A stretch of 64,000 nucleotides of DNA from Blasia pusilla. Lineage: Eukaryota. Shown here one piece after another: positions 53,984-64,000 of this stretch (position 1 is its first letter; each line of letters opens with the position of its first letter). Both the position numbers and the translations under genes were made by a program. The DNA is taken from the NCBI GenBank assembly GCA_050084515.1, contig CM114271.1:17732001-17796000 (forward strand), written 5' to 3'. Under the pieces are notes generated by a model that made no database searches, was not told the origin of the DNA, and worked only from the letters and a program-made list of their open reading frames with translations.

Positions 53984-56900
53984 TTCCGAAGTAGGTTGAA
54001 TCAAGAAAGACAGGGCTGCCCAGTCCAGCCAGAAGCTGACGTCTGAATCCAAAGTTGGTTGCTGGAGGTTAGTGTCTGTGGTATAGAAATTTCCGAATTA
54101 GAAATTTTTGTAGGCATTTTTAACGGTAATTTGGTTCATTATTCTTTACATATTGTCAAAGCTTCCCACAGAGACTCCCAGCAAGCTGAGAAGGCAAGGG
54201 TAAACCCTCAAATTGGAAATCATACTTCATTCAACTATTGAGCAATTGACGCCCGCCGCCACCATACTTCCGCAAATGAATGTGACAGGATTATCAAGTT
54301 CCTGGGACTCTAACCACAGAATGAATGCAACAGGGTTTTCTAGTTTCTCCATCACCAACACATCGATCGTCTCAGCCTCTTCTTTCTACAGGTCTAAAGG
54401 TACAGGTCCACAGGTCTATTTCCAAAGCCCTCTCGAAACTGGGTGTTGTGTGGACGTCTCTCATGGGTCTCGCATTATGGCATTTTATTCAGCCGTCCTA
54501 AGCCAGGACGGCGTCAATGTCCGACTCATAAATGCGGTCCATGGAATATCGGAGACAAGGGAGTCGTTTTGGTCGAGGAAAGTCCAGAGAATGGCGTGTC
54601 GGGCGATGTTGTACGGCAGTCCCGTTTCCGTTTGAAACGTCTCCTTACCTCTACATTTTGAACGGCCCCTTGTACTTAGGGCCGGCCAGCGCACGTGTAA
54701 GCTCCGGGAACTTTTGTAATCCTCTCTGGCGGTAGCACTACAGGCGAAAGCTGGAAGATGGTGGGGACCTCGCCGGACTTGCTTTAATGCGCACACGCGC
54801 ACAGGAGATCGCAGCTGGAAATAAAGCCGGTGTGGTTCCGAATCTTCTATTGGTATAGGCGAAGTGCACTACCCAAACACGGGCGGGAGGCGATGCGCAT
54901 CTCGTACAACGCGATACTCCTTTAGTGATTTCACATGAGGGCAAGAGGGAAGTCGTACAGAATCATAGAACTGCTGCGCGTCTAGATTTCGTCCACGATG
55001 TGATGAGGTGGTACGAAGCGCTCCCGCACATCTGGTACAATGTCTAAGCGTCTCGTAGGAGTTTGGATTGCATGCCGATGTCGTGTTAAAGGTTTGACGA
55101 CCGTTCGTTGATGTGGGGAAAAAGCATGTAAGTCGGTTTGTCAGTGGATCTCATCCCTGGACTAGTTATGCAAGTTTTTCCTTCAGTTCTTCTTTATTAG
55201 TGCGGGTGCTTGCCTGGCCACGGCACCCCTCTGACTTAGGGATGGGGATTTGTAGCGTGTGCGTGGATTATTTCTCGTATGAATCTCCGGTATTGTCTCG
55301 AACTTTTTCGTGATCGAAACTCGAATGATTTCCCAAATTGTTGCATGCAGGGATGCTAGCACACGTGCACAAACGTACTAGATGTCGTGCGACATGTGTA
55401 AATTGGATGATGCAATACACGGCTACTCGATTTGCGCTACATGCCTTAATCTCGTAGGTCTCTACCCGTGTCACAACAATTGTTCGATAAGACTGGAATG
55501 AAGCTGAGACAAGTATTTATGACGACAGACGAGCGTCCGGCCGTCAAATGCCAAATTTAGAGACTTCAAATTTTCCGATCCACCAAGACCAACAATCGTG
55601 TACCTGTTGCCGACAAACTGCAGGAACGTCCTCCGGCTTATGCTTCCTTTGAACATTGGGACGAGAATCCCAATTCCCATTGTGACTCGCAAACATTTTC
55701 CCAAGTGCTACATGTAGGTTTCCGTGGTCGCAGTGTCGCAGTCCTCTTAAGTTGCACCAAAGCTTTGCTTCCAGACAGCAAGGACAAACAACCTCGACCT
55801 TTTTGGTTTTCCGTCATGCATACTTATTGAGGTCTATCGTTTCTCTTTAACAACCTCTACGTGAGAAGTAGATTGAATGGAAAAGCCACCGCCGCCTAGA
55901 ACGAAATGCAATCACTAGCACAAACGCCTTTAGTCGCACACAACACTCCTACGCAATCTCTCTGCATGCATGAGATGCGGATTGGAGCCGGATTGAAGAG
56001 GAGAAAGCCACCACCGCCTACGACGAAGTGCATTCATTCACTCGGCTCTTTCTCCGAGGCTCCGAGAGCTGATAAACTTCCGACTGCTGTGTTTTTTAAT
56101 CATTCTTTCTTCCCTCCAGTTCAAGACCGGGGCCCACACTACTTATTGTCGATTGCATGCAGCGAAGAAAGGAGTCTCGCGTCGCGGATTCGCTTTCCAC
56201 TGCAAGCGTAGTCTGACAATGTAGCCTGCAAAAGATAAACTCCGAGCGTTACACGTAGCAAGTTACGCCAGCAACGGACAAGGAAAACGAACTCGTGATG
56301 GGATAAAGCCATCATGTGCCAATAGAACTTCGTGCATATCCAAGACAAACGGTCCTTTGATCTGCATGCGTGCCACATAGGAGGTCTTCGCACTGACTAT
56401 CGTACCGAGGTGAAGAAGGATCGCACTCATCTGCTGATTCTGCTCATCATTTACTTCACGGGTATGCAGCAGCGTAGCCACAAGATGCACGGGAAGTGAC
56501 GAAATTATTGTTAGGAGATTTTGGCGTAGAGGAAGGTGGAATCTGGTGGATCGGAGAAACCGCGTGTGGCATAAGTGCATTTGTGCCTACAGAAAGGAAT
56601 TGAGGGAGTGGAGGGGAAAAGGCCTTCTGCGATCATTGTGTACTCCGTGAACTTTAGTAGGAATTGACGAAGTGCCGCGGGGCGCTTGCAAAAACTAAAT
56701 GAAATTTTGCGGAAGGTGACGGTGTGGCGTTGAAGAGGGGCTGCTGTTGTCCGTTTACACTGTAAGATTTTGTAGATTTCCAGGAGAAGAGCGCTGGATG
56801 ACTGTGTTTTCTCCTCGTTAATGTGTACATGTAGTGGGGGAATTGGCCCATGTCTATGTAGGATTTTTTTGTTCGGTTGCGCAGTGTTTACCCCTGATAA

Positions 56901-57613
56901 TCATGAGGTAGTGCTGTAAGAGAGTATCTCTGTGTTGTATGCGCTCACGGGGATTGGAGGAATCGAGGATGGCGTGGCTTACAACATTCAGATGCACTTC
57001 AGTGTTCAGTGGAAATTGACTAGATTACTATATTTTTCTTCTCAATGTTACTCAATAGTAGACTTCGCAGATTTTAAAAAAAGCTTTGTTGAACAAGCGA
57101 TTTTTTACAATTGTACAAACTAGTGAGTTATTGCCATACTTGACCTGAAGGAGTGCTTCTGTCCTTCGTACACGCTTGTAGTATACTCGACACGGCTGCG
57201 GCAGTTCGTATGCATTGCGATGGACTCGTAGTGATACGTGTAGTAAGCGGAGTATCGAGGTGGCAGGGACGGCCTACGGGCAGTTCTTCATGAGCCGAAT
57301 GGGAGTTTCCAAACTCGAAACCGGCCTGGTGCGAGGCTAAACAGATTGTTTTCGCTGGCGAAAGCTGGAAATTGAACGTTTGAGTTTGAGGTGTGGCGAA
57401 GCGACCAAGCGGGTCAGTTGCGACGCTGGTGAGGGTGTGGTCGTTTGTGAATCGGCAGCAAGCAGGCAATATTGGTCGTGAACATTTGCCGGGATGATCA
57501 TGATGTAAATTGACCAGTGATTTAAAACTTCTGCTCTTTTTTTCCCTCTGGCTCGCTTGAGTGTCTTCAGATTTCGATCTCCTGTCCCTCCCTTGAACTC
57601 CCGACGTCGAAGT

Positions 57614-57622
57614 TTAGGGTTT
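57614..57622 (-). promoter_or_regulatory. Telo-box-like motif (AAACCCTAA) upstream of the gene starting at ~58357
   Basis: TTAGGGTTT inside GTTTAGGGTTTAGG, in a pyrimidine-rich region resembling a promoter or 5' UTR. Confidence 0.3.
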
Positions 57623-58356
57623 AGGATTCTTGGTTAGATAATCAGTCTATCACTTGAAGGCCCGTTTTTGGAATGCTCCGTTTCCTGATCATTTCCGTGT
57701 TGGATTTTCTTTCCAGAGATGTATTCGATTTCTGAAACGTGTCTTTGTCCCCCCCTGCTTCAGGAGGTCGGTGGAAATGATGCATCGGCTATGCAATTCG
57801 GTGAAAGCACTTCATGGATTACGTCGTTCTCGTTCGCGCTCTATCCCTTTCATTCGGTGAATACCTTCCCAGCTCGATGGTCTGAGAGTTCTATATTGTA
57901 TTCGATCTTGCTTTTACGGAATGCGTCAAGGATTCGAACCTTGCATACAACATTAGATGCAGTTTCAGTCGCCGAAACGCCAGCAGGATGGCGATAGAGA
58001 ATTTGCAGACACTGGCTTCCATTGCATGTAGTCGGTATCACGGTGGCGGAATTGTTTTGGCTATCGTTTTGGAAGATTGGGAGACAGTCGAGGGTGAATT
58101 TGCCGATTCTTAGCACATGCTCAAGTCCTCCTGTCTATGTGTTTTTTTTACACCGACTCACGCGTGTGGCTACATTCTGTGTATGGCCTCCACAAGTTGT
58201 GTGATGGCTGGTCCGATGTGACGTGTCTTGTCCCTACAACACTCATTTGAGTCTTTTTACATTTGTAGTTGCACGACTGATTCCTTTCTTGATTGCAGGA
58301 CGCAAGTAAGAAGCAGAGGGCAGAGCACTGAGAAATTCAGTTCGTTTTTCCCGCCC

Positions 58357-59321
58357 ATGAAGACCCAGGTTTGAGCATCAATCTCTGAAATCCCAACGTA
58401 TGTTACTCAGTTGTTTTCACATGGGAATTTTCGTCTCCTAAAGCCAAATTTTTTGTGACGTGTCTATGGTCACTAGGGCATTCATACTCCTCTCTTCTTA
58501 CGAATTACAATGAGAGGCGTTGTTCCACCGTGCTATGGACAGAATTGTCAACGCGGTCTTTTTTGAGTCTAATTACGAGATGTCTGGAGTTTCTGTTGAC
58601 GTCCATTCTATTGATGAAATAACCAGGTCTATGACTGTTTACCCAGCCGGTTAAGTGCATTTAGGGCAGACCAGTTACAACCAGGATTGAGTTGTAAGAA
58701 TTGGGCACCTTCGCGCATTCGTGCCTTCAGCAACTCCGGGAGAACCAATCCCAATTTGAGTGAGAGCGAAAAAGGACGTGGCATTTTCGGAAGTTTGATC
58801 AAGAGTTTGGCGAAGTTAGCAGGAGGGCTACTTGTGGCAGCTGTGCTCATAGCCGCGTCGCTCCCTCATCTTCTTTCTTCGCCAAAAACAAGGGAAGTTG
58901 CCATAGCCCTTGCAAACAGATCTATACCAGGTAAAATCTCCCGAAGATTGAGGACTGTGTTTTGGGGAGATTTTGGAGAGTTGTGATTCAGGAGTTGAGA
59001 GATTATGGCGAGTCCGAACTTCTAGCTATTTTGGTAGTAGAAGTGATGTCGTCTTATGGTTCTCTTGGCTGTTTTACGAATTACAGGAATTATTGTTATG
59101 TATTCAGACCAAGTAAAACGAGAGTGAATTTGAAGAATGATAACCTTGTTCCAATAATGTAGGTTCGATAAGTGTTTCCTCCATGTCACTGGGATGGACT
59201 CGCCCGATAAGTGTGGAGGGGCTTGCAATACAAGGAGCAGATAGTGAAGAAGTTTTGTTGATTCGCAAGCTGGAGACCAAAGCTTCTCTGTGGTCAATTG
59301 TCTCTGGGAGATCTGGTCTTG
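58357..59321 (+). CDS. 5' exons of an uncharacterised membrane-anchored protein with AsmA/TamB-like N-terminus (gene probably continues beyond the window)
   Basis: Phase-consistent exons 58357-58368 (MKTQ, tentative), 58627-58930 and 59163-59321. Ser/Arg-rich leader, hydrophobic helix LAGGLLVAAVLIAASLPHLLSSP, then ALANRSIPGSISVSSMSLGWTRPISVEGLAIQG...VLLIRKLETKASLWSIVSG. Donor GTATGG at 59322. Confidence 0.6.
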
Positions 59322-59629
59322 GTATGGTCCTCAGGCTTCAAGACTTGTCTGTTTTGTGGATTTTTAAGGATGATGCGGCAGCTTTACTGCCACCAAGTCT
59401 CATCTATAATATGGCATATTTCCCCTCTGGTGAAAAGTTCTCATGAAGTTTTTTTTCATTAAGTAGTGGCTTTTGAAGCTTCGTGATCATATACCCTTCA
59501 CCCTAATCAGATGGTGCTTGGTGAAAGAGATAATTGAATCATTCAGTAGCTCCATAAATCCTTCTAGAGTCTACGGACAGTACTAGAGGAAGTGAGAGGG
59601 ACCATCACTTAAAGTCATGACCCCATCAC

Positions 59630-61150
59630 TTCAACTTAGAGATTTTACATCTAAACTCCAGAGAATCCACTTCAGATTGAGATCTTCAAAGAACCTTGGA
59701 AATTCTTGAGAAGAGCAAAGTGGTACCCCAAATTTTTTTTTAACTGCGCAGCTTCTAGCCTGTCTCTTTGTTTGGTTGTGGCATCCCACATGGCTGCACC
59801 ATGATGGTTGAATGGTTTGCAGAATGGCAGAGCATTTTACTCCTGATTTGATGTCACAGCTGTGGAGGAACCTCATCAAACTGCTCACCTTCATGCAACC
59901 TTTCTCGGAAGTCTTCTGGATCTCTTGCTCCCACAGTTCAGCCCCTGTAGGGAGCTTGGTCACTTTTGTCATACAAGATTTGGCCTGTTTTACTGGCCTA
60001 TGTTGGGTCCAAATGGTCCCCATCGATACTTTAGGATAATGATGGGAATTCACTGCCTCCGGGTGGCTCCACCATGTCTACCCTCCAGGGTTTCCACTCC
60101 AAGTTCCTATCTCACACTTTGGCTCTTCATGAAGAAGCCAACATCATACCCCGAAACGCTTCCAGCTGCACAACAGGTTTCTGCACTTCCGTCCAGATTT
60201 TTTTCTGGTTCAGAGCAAAGTCGTCATTAATGGATGTGTGGGTCACTTGGTGCAGTTTCCTCACGTGTATCCATACCATAAAAGTGGACACAGAGCCACA
60301 TACTCTTCTCACAAGGTTGTGTTGGTCTTGGCCCTAGCACATTCTTCATACACCTCTTTTGGTTTGGCAAGGGCTCCCTTAAGTTCCAGTGACCACCATT
60401 TGATGGCTATATCACATATTATCTATTTCCTTCCGAAAGCAATCCCAGCAGGATTCTATTCCCCATCACTTGATAGACACTATAGTCTTTGGTTTAAAAC
60501 TATCCAGAGTAGTGAAATGATCAGATCTTCCAATATCTGTGTTATCCACTGTGACCGCCCCTCAGTATGTTTAGAGGTCATCATCCACAATCTAGCTCTC
60601 ATTCTCACTGAAAATGACCCTGGTCCAGGCAGGGGAGCCCATCTCTTGCCTATCATTCAGTCCATCAATTGAAGTGCAGTTGCTATTTACTCTTACATCT
60701 CCAAACATCCGGATCTCCACCAGGGGGTGTGTTCCTAGCCCAACCCAACTATTGAAGTCTCCTAAGAGGATTAGGTGCCCCTTCATCTGAAACCATAAGC
60801 AATCAGTTTTCACACTATCAAACACTTCATCTGCTACAGTAGAAGCTTTCCTGTTTGTGGGCATGTAAACACATTCTCTTGAGTTGCATTCTACTTGGAC
60901 TTTGATCCATTTGCTGTGTTCATACCGTAGCCTGATGATGATGTCACTCCTGTTCACCATGGAGTCTCAAAAGAAGAAGCCAAAACCTTTCATACCTCAG
61001 CTGTTGTCGGCCTATGTATTGCACCTCTTTCCAAACTATAAATAATGCGGTACTGAAGTAATCTCCATTAACTTGGTTTACCAAGTCTCCTAATCACCAC
61101 ATATATGAATTTGATTTTTCAGCTCAACCTATAGCTGCTTCATCGGATGA
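59630..61150 (-). mobile_element. Degenerate LINE (non-LTR) ORF2 5' region with APE-type endonuclease
   Basis: Minus-strand motifs CVYMPT, GHLILLGDFNSWVG, PAWTRV and VDNTDIGRSDHF (~60520-60555) in endonuclease order. Many stops; boundaries approximate; no RT core seen. Confidence 0.7.
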
Positions 61151-62396
61151 GTCAGTCCACTGAAGTACCAAGCACCCACATGGAGGCCTATCACTAAATG
61201 GGCTGAGAGTTGTTGGTGTGCATGCTTTCCATGTTGGCATCAGTGCCTGCAACATCGAACCTCGTCATGTGCAGGGTCTTCGTCACTGGTTCCTTGGAGA
61301 ATAATAAATATGTTGGGTGTGCATATCACCTGTGTGGGCCTTGCCTTCAATCTGCAGATTCACCCTCAAGTACCATAGCGTGATGTCTCAGGTACGGAGA
61401 CACCTGATTTTTGGGGCAATCCAAGTATTGGCCTCCTCTGCCCTCCTCACCTTGAACACACTTTCATGACCTTAGTATAGCAAACTATCTCCCATGACCC
61501 TTTCCTGTCCCTATGGACAATAAATCTATTCATTTATTCTCTTTTTCTAATCAAGCATTAGATGGCCAAGTGGTGGAGCTTACATGATTTGAGCTCCTCT
61601 CAAACAGAGCACTGGTTCAATGCTTATCGTGTGTGTGACTTGACTATGATGTGTGTATGACTTAAGAGAGACAGAAGTCCAATTTCATGTAGCGGCTCTT
61701 TTTGAGGTGTGGACAAGACTTCCAAGTTGTGGTTTGTGTATTGGTACAGATGAATAAGTGGTCCTGATACAGGGGACTGTACCATTGTTGAAATTTGTTA
61801 ATATCTAGTTTAGTCATGCTCTAAAAATAGTTAGTCAGATACTAACTTAGTTGGATACTTATTTAGTTAGCTAGAGATAACTTAGTGTTCCTCTATCTTT
61901 TAGGGTAACCTTGAATTAGGGCAATTCTCGAGTTAGGGTTAGCCACCATCTGTTATTTAGGGTATGGATCTGTTCAAGAAGATCTAAGGGCCAGAAGTGC
62001 TCACCCTGATGTATATAATGTCTCTGTTTAGAGAGCAGAAGCCAATTCTACAGCATGCACAGTTTTGGTGAGGACTCCTGAGGCTCTTGGTCCTGCTGCA
62101 GAGTGATCAGAGAGTAGGAAGAGGAGATTGAGACTAATTGCTGTGCTTGCTAGAGCCTCACTGGAAGGCAGGTTGTTTTGTCTAGTATGCTGATGGAGAT
62201 TGTTTGTGCTCAATGGTGAGCCATGTCTGATCTCTGAGCTGGTGACATGTGAGGACCTGTAGTGTGAGTGCAAGGTGTGGCTGAGTAGAATCCTTCTTAG
62301 TATCTCTTAGATAGTAAGAAGAGTCACATCATGGTAGGGCTCTGATTTGGCAATAGAGATAGGAACTGATTTGCTGATTGTGTACAAGCTGAAATC

Positions 62397-64000
62397 ATGG
62401 ATGGTCTAGCTGATGCTAGCTCTGACTTTGTACAAGCAGATACTTCTGCTGGTCAATCATATTCTCAGGTTATGGGCCCACCCCAAACCTTTCTCCTTAG
62501 TGATTTCAGCAGTGTAGAGAAGTTAGATGGTGGGAACTATAGAGAATGGTCCAGAACCATGATGGACATTCTAATGCTGAAAGGGTTGTGGGTGTATGTT
62601 GAGATGAAACCTCACAATCTAGAAGAGCTTGTGGTAAACTTTGCTTGGAGACAGCAAAATCAGTTGGCAGCTATCTTACTCAAACAGACCCTGAACTCCT
62701 CTATGAGGGAGTTGGTGGATGGTATAAGCAATGCTTGGGAGATCTGGTCCAAGCTGAAGAGTTTGAACAAGGAGTCAGCTTTGACTCTAGCTATGCAAAG
62801 ATGGAAGACATTGAGCTCGACAAGGATGGCTGACACAGATAGAGTTGCAGCTCACATTGCCAAAATGGAGTCAACTTTTGCACAAGTGAAAGCAGTTGGA
62901 CAGGAACTGATTCCTATATGGAAGGTAACCCTGTTGCTATCCTCCTTACCTCCTCGATTTGATACAATGGTTACAATCTTTGAAACCTGGGAGGCAGATT
63001 TGCTTACATGGGAATCTGTGACCAACAAGCTCCTGAGATATGATCAGAAGCGAGAGGTGATTGTGGAAGAAACAGTCATGCTCAACAGGGATAGGAAGTG
63101 GAAAGAGACCAGAACTTGTTACATTTGTGCAGAGAAGGGACATCTTGCTCTGCAATTGTCCAAAGAAGTTGAAAAGGAGAGAAAGTTAAAAGGAGTGGAT
63201 CTGCAGTCAAGAATCAAGAGAAGTTGATGGAGAAGCAAAGTACCTCCTACAGGGAGAAGGATAAGGCAAAGGTTGCTGGAGTGATGACTACTGAATACAC
63301 ATCTGATGAAAGTTGCTGTTCTTTCATGATGGCCTCGTGTGAGAAAGATCTCAAGAGGAGCAGTGGATGGTGGGTGGACTCCGGTGCAACATCACATGTC
63401 TGTTATCAAGAGGAGTTGTTCTCAGACCTAAAACCAGCAAGTAATCATCACGTGAGAAGTGCTTCTGGATTGTTAAGTCCTGTGGGAGGGGTTGGCTCAG
63501 TTTCTATTTTCTTCAGTGCTGATGAAAGCAAATTGATGAAATGGCAGCTGCATGGAGTGTTATATGTTGCAGATTACATAAAAAATCTGTTGTCAGTTAA
63601 GAAATTATTGGAGGCAGGAATTGATGTGCACTTCTGGAACTCAAACCAGACTTGCACACTTGAAAGAAATGGGTAAGTCTTGTGCCGAGGAGTGGTACAA
63701 GGAAATTTGTTCAAACTGCTGGAATGTGATCCAGAGGAGCAGGTGAATCTCACTGAGAATAGGAGCTTGCTGAATCTGTGGCATTGCAGATTGGGGCACC
63801 TATCGGAACACAGCATTCGAGCTCTGCAAGGAATGTCATGTGGGGTGGAGATTGAGAAGTCACAGAAGCTTGAGTTCTGTGAGGCTTGTGTGCAAGGGAA
63901 AGCTCACAAGTCACCCGCTCCCAGAAGGTCACTTAACAGGTCTGAAAGATTATTGGACCTGATTCACTCTGATGTGTGTGGACCAATGCCTGTAAAGTCA
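62397..64000 (+). pseudogene. copia gag-pol polyprotein (disrupted)
   Basis: ORFs 62397-63227 and 63224-63676. Frameshifts in and after the zinc knuckle (~63149-63176) and an in-frame TAA at 63674; reading continues to the integrase at the window end. Confidence 0.88.
62468..62480 (+). other. Primer binding site complementary to half tRNA-iMet
   Basis: GGTTATGGGCCCA directly after a CA dinucleotide; matches the copia/Ty5-type PBS. Confidence 0.8.

Larger units (their letters stand above)
61786..64000 (+). mobile_element. Ty1/copia LTR retrotransposon, 5' part (runs off window)
   Basis: Putative LTR TGTTG(61786)...TCTCA(62467), then PBS, gag (KLDGGNYREW, LLSSLPPRFD, CYICAEKGH), protease (WWVDSGATSHV), pre-integrase (LWHCRLGH) and integrase start (CEACVQGK...LDLIHSDVCGPM): copia order PR-INT. 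Confidence 0.93.

Noticed and set aside
54000-57500. Many 60-140 aa ORFs between the GPI-protein gene and the AsmA-like gene
   Set aside because: No motifs or consistent exon chain found.
62332-62345. TGGTAGGGCTCTG after CA as the copia PBS
   Set aside because: It does not match the tRNA-iMet 3' end. The half-tRNA PBS at 62468 is a better match, though the 3' LTR is needed to settle it.

Overview
Eukaryotic, intron-rich plant DNA that looks like a moss or other bryophyte (inferred from gene content, intron style and transposon types). Host genes on the + strand: a CCR4-NOT subunit NOT2-like gene (~20.4-26.0 kb, with an apparent 1-nt deletion in a G-run), an Enhancer of polycomb-like gene (37288-43972, 12 coding exons), an At1g61900-like GPI-anchored protein gene (50172-53983), and the 5' part of an uncharacterised membrane-anchored AsmA-like gene (from ~58357). 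A LINE relic and a half-tRNA-primed Ty1/copia element follow that gene's third exon. The most striking feature is a degenerate Ty3/gypsy LTR retrotransposon (9579-18082) whose pol region carries a C5 DNA cytosine methyltransferase domain (motifs I, IV, VI, VIII, IX and X recognisable) between the protease and the reverse transcriptase. The rest is AT-rich intergenic DNA with transposon debris, Helitron-like ends, hairpins and a 41-42 bp minisatellite. All calls were made by eye; no database searches were run.
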